From the NCBI GenBank assembly GCA_034520945.1, contig JAXHNB010000008.1:64001-128000 (forward strand): DNA of 64,000 nt, in the 5' to 3' direction. The first letter of the stretch is position 1, and each line of letters begins with the position of its first letter. The DNA is from Trueperaceae bacterium (lineage in GTDB: Bacteria > Deinococcota > Deinococci > Deinococcales > Trueperaceae). Below the pieces are notes generated by a model. The model saw only the letters and a program-made list of their open reading frames with translations. It made no database searches and was not told the origin of the DNA. Shown one piece after another: positions 1 to 9,916 of this stretch. Position numbers and translations under genes: made by a program.

Positions 1-38
1 CAGCGTCAGGAACCGGTCCAGTACCGACAAGCGCCGTG

Positions 39-362
39 TCACGCCGTCACCCCCTCGCCCGCGCGGGCGTCCGCCGCGCGGGCGAACCGCTCGAACGTGC
101 CCGCCAACACCCGCAACGCCTCCGCGTCGAGTTCGTAGTGCACCCACCTGCCCTCACGCGCGGCACGCACCACGCCCGCCTCCACCAACCGCTTCATGTG
201 ATGACTCACCGTCGGCTGCGACAACCCCAAGAACGCCTCCAAGTCACAACCACACACGCCATCATCATGGCGGCACTGCGACTGGACCGGAGCGGCGAGA
301 AACTCCAAGATCGCGAAGCGGGTGGGATCGGCCAGGGCGGAAAGGACGGTCGAGGTGGTCAT
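39..362 (-). CDS. ArsR/SmtB family transcriptional regulator
   Basis: ALADPTRFAIL...VCGCDL...LSQPTVSHHMKRLVEAG...REGRWVHY motif; leaderless start (TATGCT 6 nt before ATG). Confidence 0.92.
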   Translation of the reverse strand: MTTSTVLSALADPTRFAILEFLAAPVQSQCRHDDGVCGCDLEAFLGLSQPTVSHHMKRLVEAGVVRAAREGRWVHYELDAEALRVLAGTFERFARAADARAGEGVTA

Positions 363-631
363 GGCGTGAGCATACCGCGACGTATCGATGCGGGCCTATA
401 TGACGAAGGTCCCGCTTGCGTTCGAACAAGGATGCGCGGGGCGGCGGGGGTGTTCCGTGGGGCATGTGGGGCGGAGGAACTCCAAGGGGAGCCGCTTCAG
501 GAGCGTATGCATGCGTGGATCTTCTTCGTCGCTCGCCTCCAGCAATGCGCGGCGCGATCCGTGCCGCTTCGTTCAATGCCTTGACGAACGTTGTTCGCTA
601 TGCAACATTGAGCCATCGTTGCTTGAGAACG

Positions 632-652
632 GTGTTCTGTGTTAGAGAACAC
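632..652. promoter_or_regulatory. Inverted repeat GTGTTCT-N7-AGAACAC, probable IclR operator
   Basis: Perfect 7-bp inverted repeat in the AT-richer region upstream of the IclR gene. Confidence 0.5.
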
Positions 653-714
653 GAGCAAGAGATTAGGCCTCTCATACGTCGTCTTGTCATGTTCGTAGAC
701 CGAACGGAGACCAC

Positions 715-1569
715 ATGTCGCAAGAGCATCGACGGGAGAAGGAGAAGGACGGCCCGCTGGCCGCGGTCATCGAGAAAGCGACGCGTGCCGAGCCCAAACT
801 CAACAAGGCTGTCGTGCGTGCCATGCGCGTCCTTGCCGAGTTCGACGAGGATACGCCCGAATGGACCGTCAACGCCCTGTCACGTCGCCTCGGCATCGCG
901 AAGAGCAGCGTGAGCACGGTCTTGGCGACACTCGCAGAGTTCGATCTCGTGGCACGCGCGGAGGACGGGAGCGGACGGTATCGGCTCGGGCTTCGCTGTA
1001 TGGAAATGGGGTACTTGTCCTCGTCGCGGCTACAGGTACGTGACCTCGCGTTCCCACTGCTAGAACGGTTGTTGGGGGAGACCCAGCAGATCGTCTATCT
1101 GGCCATCCCCTATCAGCGTGAAGTGCTGTACGTCGAGGCGATGTATCCCCCGCACCGGAGGATCAACTTCTCGTCGCAAGGGCGGAGAGCGCCCCTGTAT
1201 TGCACGGGAATCGGTAAGGCGATCCTCGCCTTCCTGCCCGTCGAGGATCAACGGGATTACCTGTCCCGTGCCCCCTTCCCCAGGCTCACGTCCAATACGC
1301 TTTGTCGCCGCGAAGAGCTTGAACGCGAGATCGAGGAAACGCATGCTCGGGGGTACGCAACGGACCACGAGGAGCGTGAACACGGGATTCGATGCGTGGC
1401 GTCGCCCGTTCTCTCACGTTTCGGACAGGTCGTGGCCGCAGTGAGCATCAGCGGGTCTAGCGACGAGATCGACGAAGACCGAATTCCGCAGTTGGCGCAA
1501 ATCGTGCACGCGACCGCTGTGGACGTGGGTCGCAAATTGCAGTTTGCCGGTCATGGAGGTCGCCCGTGA
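715..1569 (+). CDS. IclR family transcriptional regulator
   Basis: N-terminal HTH (LSRRLGIAKSSV); C-terminal PLYCTGIGKAILAF and RGYATDHEE...GIRCVASPV effector-domain motifs. Confidence 0.95.
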   Translation: MSQEHRREKEKDGPLAAVIEKATRAEPKLNKAVVRAMRVLAEFDEDTPEWTVNALSRRLGIAKSSVSTVLATLAEFDLVARAEDGSGRYRLGLRCMEMGYLSSSRLQVRDLAFPLLERLLGETQQIVYLAIPYQREVLYVEAMYPPHRRINFSSQGRRAPLYCTGIGKAILAFLPVEDQRDYLSRAPFPRLTSNTLCRREELEREIEETHARGYATDHEEREHGIRCVASPVLSRFGQVVAAVSISGSSDEIDEDRIPQLAQIVHATAVDVGRKLQFAGHGGRP

Positions 1570-1747
1570 CGTACGGGTGCCCCTCCTGTCGCGGCTTGCG
1601 CTCGGTTTGCGTCCAGCTGGACGCAGCGATCGGTTGGAGGAAGCGCATGGCTTCGGAGAGGAGGTGGTGGCAAGGAAGCGCAGAGTGATCAGCCAGTCAG
1701 GTACGTCGACCCGGGCACGCCACGAATCCCGAAGCAAAGGAGTTCAA

Positions 1748-3001
1748 GTGAAGCACCTAAGATTCCTACTCGTTACCCTCGTGCTCGTCATCGGTGGAAG
1801 CGTACTCGCGCAAACCGTTCTTCGGATGAATACGCTGTTCCATAGTGGCGACGCGCAGGCAATGGTTCGCATCGTCGACGAGTTCAACGAGGTCCACGAC
1901 GACGTTCAAATCGAGCTGACGCAGGGACAGTGGTCGGACTACTACGCTCAGCTTTACAACGCCGTCGTGGCCGACAACGCCCCGCACATCGGTGTCGTTC
2001 ACACCACGTTGCTTCCGCAGATGGCCCCCGCCCTCACCCCCCTCGTCGACGGCCCTGCGGGGAACCTCCTGACGGCGGCCGGCATCGATCCGGATGACTA
2101 CATCGCCAACCTCTGGGACGCCGGTACGTATGAGGGGCAGCGCTACTTGGTACCCCTGGACACGCACATGTTTGGCCTTTGGTACAACAAGGACATCTTC
2201 GCCGAAGCGGGACTGGACCCCGAGAGCCCACCCCAAACGCGCGAAGAGTTCGAGGCCGCCGCCGACGCAATCGTCGCGAACACGGACGCGTATGGTTTCC
2301 ATCCTGCCGAAGATGCGCTACCGCGGAAACTGCGCCGCGCATGGTACTACCTGTACTGGCAGCAAGGCGGAGAACTGTTCGACGCTGACCATAGCGAAGC
2401 GACCTTCAACAACGACGCTGGGCTTCAGGCTTGCGAATACCTGGCGGACATGGTCGGTGAGCGGGGTTGGAACATTCCCTCGGGTGATGGCTTTGCGCAG
2501 TTCAGCGCGGGCGACCTCGGCATGCTCGTGGCAGGCAACTGGTACTACTGGACGGCCGAAGAAGCTGGATTGAACTATGGGTTCGCCAAGATGCCCGTGT
2601 TCTTCGATGAGCTCCGGACGTGGGGAAACAGCCACAATCTGGTGATCCCCCAACAGCCCGACGGCACGTCCACGGAAACGTACGTCGCGGCGGCCGAGGC
2701 CATTCGCTGGATCACGGAGAACAGCGACACCTGGGGCATCTATGGTGGGCACATTCCCGCCCACAGCCAGGCTCGCGCAAGTGAAGCCCTGCGGGAATCG
2801 GATACCTGGCAGAAGTCACTCGGAACGTTCGCCGAGATGGCCGAGCAGGGCGCCGTCCACTATCCCATCACGCACGAGCGCGCATCCGAGCTCGAAGAGC
2901 CCATCACCGTCAACATTCAACAAGCCTACAACGGCAGCATTACGTGCCAGGAGGCTCTTGACCGGGCCGAGTCGGGCGTCAATACCATTCTCGGCAACTG
3001 A
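1748..3001 (+). CDS. Sugar ABC transporter extracellular solute-binding protein
   Basis: GTG start after AAGGAG; signal peptide ending VLA-Q; LWYNKDIFAEAGLDPESPPQT motif of family-1 SBPs. Confidence 0.92.
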   Translation: MKHLRFLLVTLVLVIGGSVLAQTVLRMNTLFHSGDAQAMVRIVDEFNEVHDDVQIELTQGQWSDYYAQLYNAVVADNAPHIGVVHTTLLPQMAPALTPLVDGPAGNLLTAAGIDPDDYIANLWDAGTYEGQRYLVPLDTHMFGLWYNKDIFAEAGLDPESPPQTREEFEAAADAIVANTDAYGFHPAEDALPRKLRRAWYYLYWQQGGELFDADHSEATFNNDAGLQACEYLADMVGERGWNIPSGDGFAQFSAGDLGMLVAGNWYYWTAEEAGLNYGFAKMPVFFDELRTWGNSHNLVIPQQPDGTSTETYVAAAEAIRWITENSDTWGIYGGHIPAHSQARASEALRESDTWQKSLGTFAEMAEQGAVHYPITHERASELEEPITVNIQQAYNGSITCQEALDRAESGVNTILGN

Positions 3002-3018
3002 GATCGACCGCCGCGAGC

Positions 3019-3048
3019 GGAGTCGGGGGCATGTCCGTCCCCGACTCC
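3019..3048 (+). terminator. Stem-loop after the SBP gene (mRNA-stabilising or attenuating hairpin)
   Basis: GGAGTCGGGG / CCCCGACTCC 10-bp perfect stem between SBP and permease. Confidence 0.6.
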
Positions 3049-3072
3049 TGCAGCGCGAAAGGACCATCGCCC

Positions 3073-3966
3073 GTGAAACGCTTGCTGAAGAGTCGAGAGT
3101 TCGTCGGCATCCTATACATCCTTCCCTTCGCCATCATATGGCTGGCGTTTCTGGTTTGGCCCGTGGTCTACGGCTTCTACATAAGCCTCTGGCGCTGGGA
3201 CCCACTCCGCGGTTCCGAGTTCGTGGGATTTGCGAACTACCTGCGACTGTTTGGCGAGGCGCGCTTCTGGAACTCCGTTCGGAACACGTTCGAGTTTGCG
3301 CTCATCAGCATTCCGCTGATCGTCGGGCTCGGCCTCCTGTTTGCGGTCTTGCTTCACGGTCGAGATTTCCCTGGCAAGAATCTGGTCGAGGCAGGCTTGT
3401 TCCTTCCCTATTTGTTGAACGTGTCGATCATCAGTTTGGTATGGGCGTGGCTCGTCGATACCGACTACGGAATACTCATCGCCTTCCTGGAACGGATTGG
3501 ATGGGATGCCCCGGCGTTCCTGAACGATCCGTTTTGGGCGATCCCCGTCATCGCCATCGCCACGGGGTGGTGGTTGTCGGGCTATCGCGTCGTGATCTTC
3601 CGTGCGGCGCTTCAGGACATCCCCAAGAACATCCTGGAAATGGCCGAGCTCGACGGCGCGAATGCCTGGACGCGCTTCACCCGAATCATGCTCCCCCTCA
3701 TCAAGCCGTCGATTCTGTTTGCGGTCGTGTTGACGTCCATTTCAGGCTTCCGCGTATTGGGGCAAGTGCTGATCATGACGGAAGGGGGACCAGGTCGCGC
3801 GTCGGAAGTCCTTGCGCTGTACCTGTACCGCTTGGGCTTTCAGTATCTCGACATGGGGCGAGCGGCAGCCGTTGGATTCGTCTTGTTCGTACTGATCCTG
3901 ATCGTGTCCTTGATCGCGACGCGATTCCTCGGCCTAGAGTCAGAGTTCGAACGTAGGGAGGGGTAG
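3073..3966 (+). CDS. Sugar ABC transporter permease (MalF/UgpA-like)
   Basis: Multiple TM segments, FVGFANY, EAA-type loop (LEMAELDGANAW); GTG after GAAAGGA. Confidence 0.93.
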   Translation: MKRLLKSREFVGILYILPFAIIWLAFLVWPVVYGFYISLWRWDPLRGSEFVGFANYLRLFGEARFWNSVRNTFEFALISIPLIVGLGLLFAVLLHGRDFPGKNLVEAGLFLPYLLNVSIISLVWAWLVDTDYGILIAFLERIGWDAPAFLNDPFWAIPVIAIATGWWLSGYRVVIFRAALQDIPKNILEMAELDGANAWTRFTRIMLPLIKPSILFAVVLTSISGFRVLGQVLIMTEGGPGRASEVLALYLYRLGFQYLDMGRAAAVGFVLFVLILIVSLIATRFLGLESEFERREG

Positions 3967-3968
3967 GC

Positions 3969-4796
3969 GTGCCACGACGTCGCTGGTCCACCTACGGCTG
4001 GAGCGCGCTCTACATCGTTGGGGTGATCGCCTGGCTCGTCCCAGTTTGGTGGATGTTCGACACAGCGTTCAAGCCAGAGGCCTACATCTTCCAGCGACCC
4101 CCGACCTGGTGGTCGCCGGAGTGGACGCTCAAGCATTTCCGCGAGGTGTTCTCAGAGTGGCCGTTCCTTCGCTGGGTCCTGAACAGCACCCTCATCGCGG
4201 GCGGGGCGACCGCATTGTCGTTGGTGCTGTCGATTCCGGCGGCCTACTCCTTCGCCCGCATCCGTTGGCGCGGCCGCAACATCGTGTTCTTCGTGATGAT
4301 CGCCTCGATGCTGATCCCCTGGCAAGTTAACGCGATCCCGCTGTACTTCATCATGAACGACCTAGAACTCCTGAATACGCGGGTGGCCGTGATGCTGCCG
4401 ATTGCTGCGATGCCGGTGGGGGTGTTCCTTCTGCGCCAATTCTTCATCAACATTCCACGTGAGCTCGAAGAGGCAGCTCGAATCGATGGCTGCACCACGT
4501 TCGGCATCCTGTGGCGGATCGTGTTGCCCATTTCGCTACCGGCACTCGCTGCGCTTGGCATCTATCAATTCGTATTCACCTGGAACGAGTTCTTCTGGTC
4601 CATCATTGCGCTTGGGCGCGAAGACATGTACACGATTCCAATCGGCCTGCGAGCATTGCAGGGTTCGTACGACATTCAGTACGGCATCTTGATGGCTGGC
4701 GCAGCGCTGGCATCGCTCCCTGTACTGCTGGTCTACTTGGTGCTGCAGCGGCGCATCATTTCAGGGATCACCATGTCCAGCGCAGAGTTCAAGTGA
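3969..4796 (+). CDS. Sugar ABC transporter permease (MalG/UgpE-like)
   Basis: IPRELEEAARIDGC EAA motif, WNEFFW, TM segments. Confidence 0.94.
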   Translation: MPRRRWSTYGWSALYIVGVIAWLVPVWWMFDTAFKPEAYIFQRPPTWWSPEWTLKHFREVFSEWPFLRWVLNSTLIAGGATALSLVLSIPAAYSFARIRWRGRNIVFFVMIASMLIPWQVNAIPLYFIMNDLELLNTRVAVMLPIAAMPVGVFLLRQFFINIPRELEEAARIDGCTTFGILWRIVLPISLPALAALGIYQFVFTWNEFFWSIIALGREDMYTIPIGLRALQGSYDIQYGILMAGAALASLPVLLVYLVLQRRIISGITMSSAEFK

Positions 4797-5746
4797 TGCG
4801 TCCGACCCACGTGAGCACCCTGTTCGACGAGCTAACGCCGCGGAGCGTGCATTGCGCCACGATCACGGATGTGGGTGGAGGGGAACTCCTTGCCGCGTGC
4901 TACGCGTTCTCGTACGAAACGTCCCCCGACTCGATCATCGTGACGTCGCGCTTCCGTGATGGGGCTTGGGGTCCCATTGCCACGCCCATCGACTACCCAG
5001 GGATCGCCGTTGGCAATCCCGTCTTGTACATGGACAGTGAGGGCATCGTACATCTCTTTTTCGTCGTGGTGATGGGGGAAGGATGGACTGACGCGTACGT
5101 CGTCCAGGCCACGTCCCGCGACGGAGGTCGAAGTTGGGGCAACGCCAACCGGGTGCACGAGAGGCGTGGACTCATGACCAAGACGCGACCGATCGAGGTC
5201 GATGGACGGTTGCTGCTTCCGGTCTACGACGAGGGTCAATGGTGCTCCATGGTGCTCGTTCGTGAACGTGATGGGATATGGCGTCTCCACGGCGATACGA
5301 CGTCGCGGGGTCGCACGCTCCAGCCGGCGATCGTCGCTCGAAGCGACGGGTGCCTCGACATGTATTCACGGGGCCGAACCGGTCGGGTGTTCCACGCGTT
5401 GTCCGTCGACGGCGGGTACAGCTGGACGGCGTCGCGCCCGACCGAACTGCCCAACCCCAACGCAGGCGTGGAAGCCCTACGCACGCAAGGAGGCGCGCTC
5501 ATGCTGATAGGCAACCCAGCGACCATGGGAAGGGAGCGGCTCGCCTTCCAGGTCTCGCACGACGACGGTCGCTCCTGGAGCGAACCGCTGGACATCGAGA
5601 CCGTGGATGACGGCGAACTCTCGTACCCCTACGCGATTCTCGATACCCAGGGATTCATTCAGCTCCTCTACACACGCCAGCGCACCGAGATCGTCCATGT
5701 GGTTTGGTCGCCCGGCTCGCTCGACGAGGGCGAGATGTACGCATGA
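4796..5746 (+). CDS. BNR/Asp-box repeat sialidase-like protein, cytoplasmic
   Basis: Asp boxes SRDGGRSW, SVDGGYSW, SHDDGRSW; LPNPNAG and LSYP motifs; TGATG coupling to the permease; no signal peptide. Confidence 0.85.
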   Translation: MRPTHVSTLFDELTPRSVHCATITDVGGGELLAACYAFSYETSPDSIIVTSRFRDGAWGPIATPIDYPGIAVGNPVLYMDSEGIVHLFFVVVMGEGWTDAYVVQATSRDGGRSWGNANRVHERRGLMTKTRPIEVDGRLLLPVYDEGQWCSMVLVRERDGIWRLHGDTTSRGRTLQPAIVARSDGCLDMYSRGRTGRVFHALSVDGGYSWTASRPTELPNPNAGVEALRTQGGALMLIGNPATMGRERLAFQVSHDDGRSWSEPLDIETVDDGELSYPYAILDTQGFIQLLYTRQRTEIVHVVWSPGSLDEGEMYA

Positions 5747-6627
5747 TGCGACTCTCCGGCATCTACCCGGCCCTGTTGACGCCGTTCGCGGCTGACACCT
5801 CGCTCAGGCTCGATCTCATCGACGATTATGTCGAGTTCCTGCTGAATGCGGGCGTGCATGGTGTACACCCCGGTGGCACGACCGGCGAAGCACCTCTGAT
5901 GACGTCACGCGAGCGAATCGAAGTGGTCGAGCGTGTCGTCGATGTCGTGAATGGCCGACGCCCCGTGATCGCCCAGGTCGGGCACATTCGTACGGCCGAA
6001 GCGACGATGCTCGCAAGGGAGTGCCGTGCGGTCGGTGCTGACGCCGTAAGCATCGTCACGCCGTACTACTACGTTCTGCCCGAGGAGGCGCTCGAGGCGT
6101 ACTTCCTGGCGGTGATCCGCGCGCTTCCGGACGATACGCCCATCTACCTCTACAACATTCCGCAGTCGACGTTGAATGTCGTTGGAGCGCCTCTGCTGCA
6201 GCGCCTTCGCGCGGCGGCACCCAATGTGCGTGGCCTCAAGCACAGCGAGGCCAACGTGGGTCGACTCGGCGCCTACCTCGAGGACGAGGGTACGGACGTC
6301 TTCGTCGGGAGCGACGGACTCGTGCTTGCGGGCCTCGCGATGGGCGCCGTCGGGGCCGTAAGCGGGAACGCCAACGTGGCGCCCGAAGCGTTCGTTCGTC
6401 TGTACGACGCGTGGCGTACGGGAAGGCTGGACGAAGCACGCCGTCAGCAGCGTAGGATCGTTCATATTGCTTCATTGCTCGGCAACGGAGGGCATCTCGA
6501 TGCGTTCAAGACGGCGCTCCAGCGTCGCGGTGTAGACGTGGGAACGGTCCGCGATCCACTTCCGCGCGTACGTGAAGCAATGCACGATGCGATCGATGAA
6601 GCGGTTGCCCTGGCCACGACGTCGTGA
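5743..6627 (+). CDS. DapA/NanA-family class I aldolase
   Basis: GGTTGE, YLYNIP, Schiff-base Lys in GLKHS, GAVSGNANV; ATGA overlap. Confidence 0.9.
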   Translation: MMRLSGIYPALLTPFAADTSLRLDLIDDYVEFLLNAGVHGVHPGGTTGEAPLMTSRERIEVVERVVDVVNGRRPVIAQVGHIRTAEATMLARECRAVGADAVSIVTPYYYVLPEEALEAYFLAVIRALPDDTPIYLYNIPQSTLNVVGAPLLQRLRAAAPNVRGLKHSEANVGRLGAYLEDEGTDVFVGSDGLVLAGLAMGAVGAVSGNANVAPEAFVRLYDAWRTGRLDEARRQQRRIVHIASLLGNGGHLDAFKTALQRRGVDVGTVRDPLPRVREAMHDAIDEAVALATTS

Positions 6628-6690
6628 CGACATGAGCAGTTGGGTCGTACGTTGTGGCGTTGAGTGCGTCTTGAAAGGAGTTCACCGAAC

Positions 6691-8295
6691 ATGAGTCAGG
6701 ACGTGTATTTGGTCGCCAGTGGGGACCTGCGTCCCGCTGCGAATGAGGAGGGGTGGCCTGCGCAACGGGCCCTGGAGGAGCGGCTTACGGAGGCCGTGGC
6801 GCGCGAGGGTCGGTCGTTGCGGCGCGCTTTCGCCGTGGACGAGCGCACCGGCCATGGCTTCGTGTCGTCGCAGCGGATGGGGATGGACGTGTTTGGGGGC
6901 GTGCCGCGGGAGGCGCCGGTGATCGTGGCGACGGCGGTGTGGCAGTATTCGCATCATGTGTTGCCGGGGTTGCGTCGTCATCGGGGGCCGATCTTGACGG
7001 TGGCGAATTGGAGTGGGCAGTGGCCGGGGTTGGTGGGGTTGTTGAACCTGAACGGATCGCTATCGAAGGCGGGCGTTCCGTACGAGTCGTTGTGGAGCGC
7101 GTCGTTCGATGATGCGTTCTTCCAGGACGGCCTGCGGCGTTGGTTGGCGGGGGAGCGCGTGCGGCATGATGTGTCGCACGTGCGGCCGTTCGACGTGGAC
7201 GGCGTCGATGAGGCGGCGCGCGCCGTCGGAACGAGCGTGGCGGAGGGTCTCGCGGAGCGGATGGCGATCCTGGGCGTGTTCGATGAGGGGTGCATGGGCA
7301 TGTACAACGCCATCTTGGACGACGAGGTGCTGAACGGGATGGGGGTCTACAAGGAGCGCTTGTCGCAGTCGGCGTTGGTGGCGGAGATGCGCAAGGTCGA
7401 AGACGAGGAGGCCGCGGCGGTGCGGGCGTGGTTGGACGAGCGCGGCATGACGTTCCATACCGGTCCCGACCCCGCGAAGCACCTGACCGATGGGCAGATC
7501 CACGAGCAGTGCAAGATGTACGTGGCGGCGGCACGGATGGCGGAGCGCTTCGGGTGTGATGCGATCGGGATTCAGTACCAGCAGGGTTTGAAGGAGATGA
7601 CGCCGGCCAGCGATCTGGTGGAGGGGTTGTTGAACGATCCGGACCGTCCGCCGGTGCGGGGCGAGGGGGGCGTCGTGATCCGTGATGGCGAAGCGATCCC
7701 GCATTTCAACGAGGTGGACGAGGGCGCGGCGGTGGATGCGTTGGTCACGAATCGGGTGTGGTCGTCGTTGGGGTTGGATCCGAGCACGACGTTGCATGAC
7801 GTCCGGTGGGGGGAGCATTTCGCGGGGGGTTCGTTGGAGGCGTTCGTGTGGGTGTTCGAGATTTCCGGGTCGGTGCCGGCGTCGCACTTGGCGGGCGGGT
7901 ACGCGGAAGCGGAGGGCAACCGTCAGCCGGCGGTGTACTTCCCGATGGGGGGGAGCACCTTGTCCGGCGTGTCGAAGCCGGGCGAGATCGTGTGGAGTCG
8001 CGTGTACGTCATGGACGGTGCGTTGCATGCCGACGTGGGGTTGGGCCGGTCCGTGGCGTTGCCGGCGGAGGAGGTTCGGCGCCGCCGGGAGGCGACCACG
8101 CCGGAGTGGCCGATCATGAACGCGGTGTTGTACGGCGTGTCGCGGGATCAGTTGATGGCGCAGCACAAGGCGAACCACGTGCAGGTGGCGTATGCGCCGG
8201 ATCGCGCTGCGGCGTTCCGGGCGGCCGGCGCGAAGGCGGCCGCGTTCGGTGCGATGGGCATGAGGGTGCACGCTTGCGGGGAGGTGCAGCCGTGA
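6691..8295 (+). CDS. L-fucose/L-arabinose isomerase-like protein
   Basis: WPGLVG, IGIQYQQGL, HFNEVD, TTLHDVRWG, ANHVQVAY motifs; AAAGGAG RBS; coupled to a sugar kinase. Confidence 0.75.
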   Translation: MSQDVYLVASGDLRPAANEEGWPAQRALEERLTEAVAREGRSLRRAFAVDERTGHGFVSSQRMGMDVFGGVPREAPVIVATAVWQYSHHVLPGLRRHRGPILTVANWSGQWPGLVGLLNLNGSLSKAGVPYESLWSASFDDAFFQDGLRRWLAGERVRHDVSHVRPFDVDGVDEAARAVGTSVAEGLAERMAILGVFDEGCMGMYNAILDDEVLNGMGVYKERLSQSALVAEMRKVEDEEAAAVRAWLDERGMTFHTGPDPAKHLTDGQIHEQCKMYVAAARMAERFGCDAIGIQYQQGLKEMTPASDLVEGLLNDPDRPPVRGEGGVVIRDGEAIPHFNEVDEGAAVDALVTNRVWSSLGLDPSTTLHDVRWGEHFAGGSLEAFVWVFEISGSVPASHLAGGYAEAEGNRQPAVYFPMGGSTLSGVSKPGEIVWSRVYVMDGALHADVGLGRSVALPAEEVRRRREATTPEWPIMNAVLYGVSRDQLMAQHKANHVQVAYAPDRAAAFRAAGAKAAAFGAMGMRVHACGEVQP

Positions 8296-9803
8296 GCGAA
8301 GGGCTGTTGTTGGGCATCGACGTGGGCACGTACTCCTCGAAGGGCGTGCTGGTCACGCCGGCGGGCGAAGTGGTGCGGCAGGAGATGGTGGAGCACGGCA
8401 TGGACGTCCCGAAGGCGGGCTGGGCGGAGCACGATGCGGAGGGGGTGTGGTGGCACGACGTGGTGGCCCTGTGCCGGCGCCTGTTGGACGGGGAGCGGTA
8501 CCGAGGGTCCGACGTGGTGGGGGTGGCGGTGAGCGCGATCGGGCCGTGCCTGCTTGCGTTGGACGAGGCGGACCGCCCGTTGCGGCCGGCCATCTTGTAC
8601 GGGGTGGACACCCGCGCGCAGGCGGAGATCGCGGAGTTGACGGACGCCATCGGCGCGGAGGAGGTGCTTTCGTTCTCGAAGACGGCGTTCACCAGTCAGG
8701 CGATCGGGCCGAAGATCGTGTGGCTCAAGCGGCACGAGCCCGAGGTGTGGGCCCGCACGGCACGCCTGACGACCGCGTCGTCGTACCTGGTGTTCCGCCT
8801 TACCGGTGAGCACGTGATGGACCGCCACACCGCCAGTCATTGGATGCCGTTGATCGACATGGAGCGCATGGCGTGGAGCGAGCGATACGCCGAGCACGTG
8901 GCGCCCACCTCGATGCTTCCGAACTTGGCGTGGAGCGACGAGCGGGCCGGCGTCGTAACGCAGGCGGCTGCGGACGAGACAGGCCTGGCGGCCGGCACGC
9001 CGGTCGCGGTCGGCGCGGTGGACGCCCTGAGCGAGGCGTTGAGCGTGGGGGTGGCGGCGCCGGGCGACCTGATGATCATGTACGGCAGTACGGCGTTCTT
9101 CATTCTGGTGTTGGAACGCCCGTTGGCGGACCCACGGGTGTGGATGACGGGCGGTGCGTTCGACGGGCAGTACGCGCTGGCGGCGGGCATGGCGACGACG
9201 GGGAGCCTGACGCGCTGGATCCGGGACGCCTTCGCGAAGGACCTTCCTAGCGAGGGGGCGTACCAGGCGTTGTTCGATGCGGCGGCGGGCGTCCCTCCCG
9301 GCAGCGAGGGGTTGTTGATGCTGCCGTACTTCAGTGGCGAGCGTACGCCCATCAACGACCCGAACGCGCGGGGGGTGCTGGCGGGCTTGACGCTGGCGCA
9401 CGGGCGGCCGCACGTGTTCCGTGCCGCGCTGGAGGGCGTCGCGCACGGCATTCGGCACAACCTGGAGGTGTTCGAAGAGCTGGGCGCACCGATCGAGCGG
9501 TTGGTCGCCGTCGGCGGCGGCGTGCAGGGCGGCCTCTGGCCGCAGATCGTTAGCGACGTCACCGGTCGCACGCAACACGTGCCCGAACGCACCATCGGCG
9601 CCAGTTACGGCGACGCGTTCCTGGCCGGCCTGGCGTCCGGCACCCTCGACCGCACCGACCTGAACAGCTGGGTGCGCGGCGGCACCACCGTTCACCCTCA
9701 GCCCGACGCGGCCGCCCGGTACGACCAAGACCACCCGCTGTTCCGGCGTCTCTACCAGGACACCCGCGACACGGTCCATGCGCTTGCGCACCGAGGAAAC
9801 TAA
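8292..9803 (+). CDS. FGGY-family carbohydrate kinase (xylulokinase-like)
   Basis: LLLGIDVGTYSSKG, LPYFSGERTP, AVGGG; GTGA overlap. Confidence 0.93.
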   Translation: MSEGLLLGIDVGTYSSKGVLVTPAGEVVRQEMVEHGMDVPKAGWAEHDAEGVWWHDVVALCRRLLDGERYRGSDVVGVAVSAIGPCLLALDEADRPLRPAILYGVDTRAQAEIAELTDAIGAEEVLSFSKTAFTSQAIGPKIVWLKRHEPEVWARTARLTTASSYLVFRLTGEHVMDRHTASHWMPLIDMERMAWSERYAEHVAPTSMLPNLAWSDERAGVVTQAAADETGLAAGTPVAVGAVDALSEALSVGVAAPGDLMIMYGSTAFFILVLERPLADPRVWMTGGAFDGQYALAAGMATTGSLTRWIRDAFAKDLPSEGAYQALFDAAAGVPPGSEGLLMLPYFSGERTPINDPNARGVLAGLTLAHGRPHVFRAALEGVAHGIRHNLEVFEELGAPIERLVAVGGGVQGGLWPQIVSDVTGRTQHVPERTIGASYGDAFLAGLASGTLDRTDLNSWVRGGTTVHPQPDAAARYDQDHPLFRRLYQDTRDTVHALAHRGN

Positions 9804-9916
9804 AGAATGGTGGCTACGAGCTCACGACTGAGTGATGTGCGCATTCGTGCTGTGGGGTCGCCAAGGTGTTGCTCTGCAGGCAACTGGTGCTCGTCACCCA
9901 GGATCAGCGGATCCAT
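9800..9916 (-). pseudogene. Possible truncated HepT/DUF86 toxin remnant (38 codons, MDPLIL...)
   Basis: ATG overlaps the end of the MNT gene where a HEPN partner normally starts; only the first residues look plausible, then an early stop. Confidence 0.35.

Noticed and set aside
5743..6627. Calling this dapA or nanA
   Set aside because: The family is clear but the substrate is not; the context is catabolic and lacks the other nan genes.
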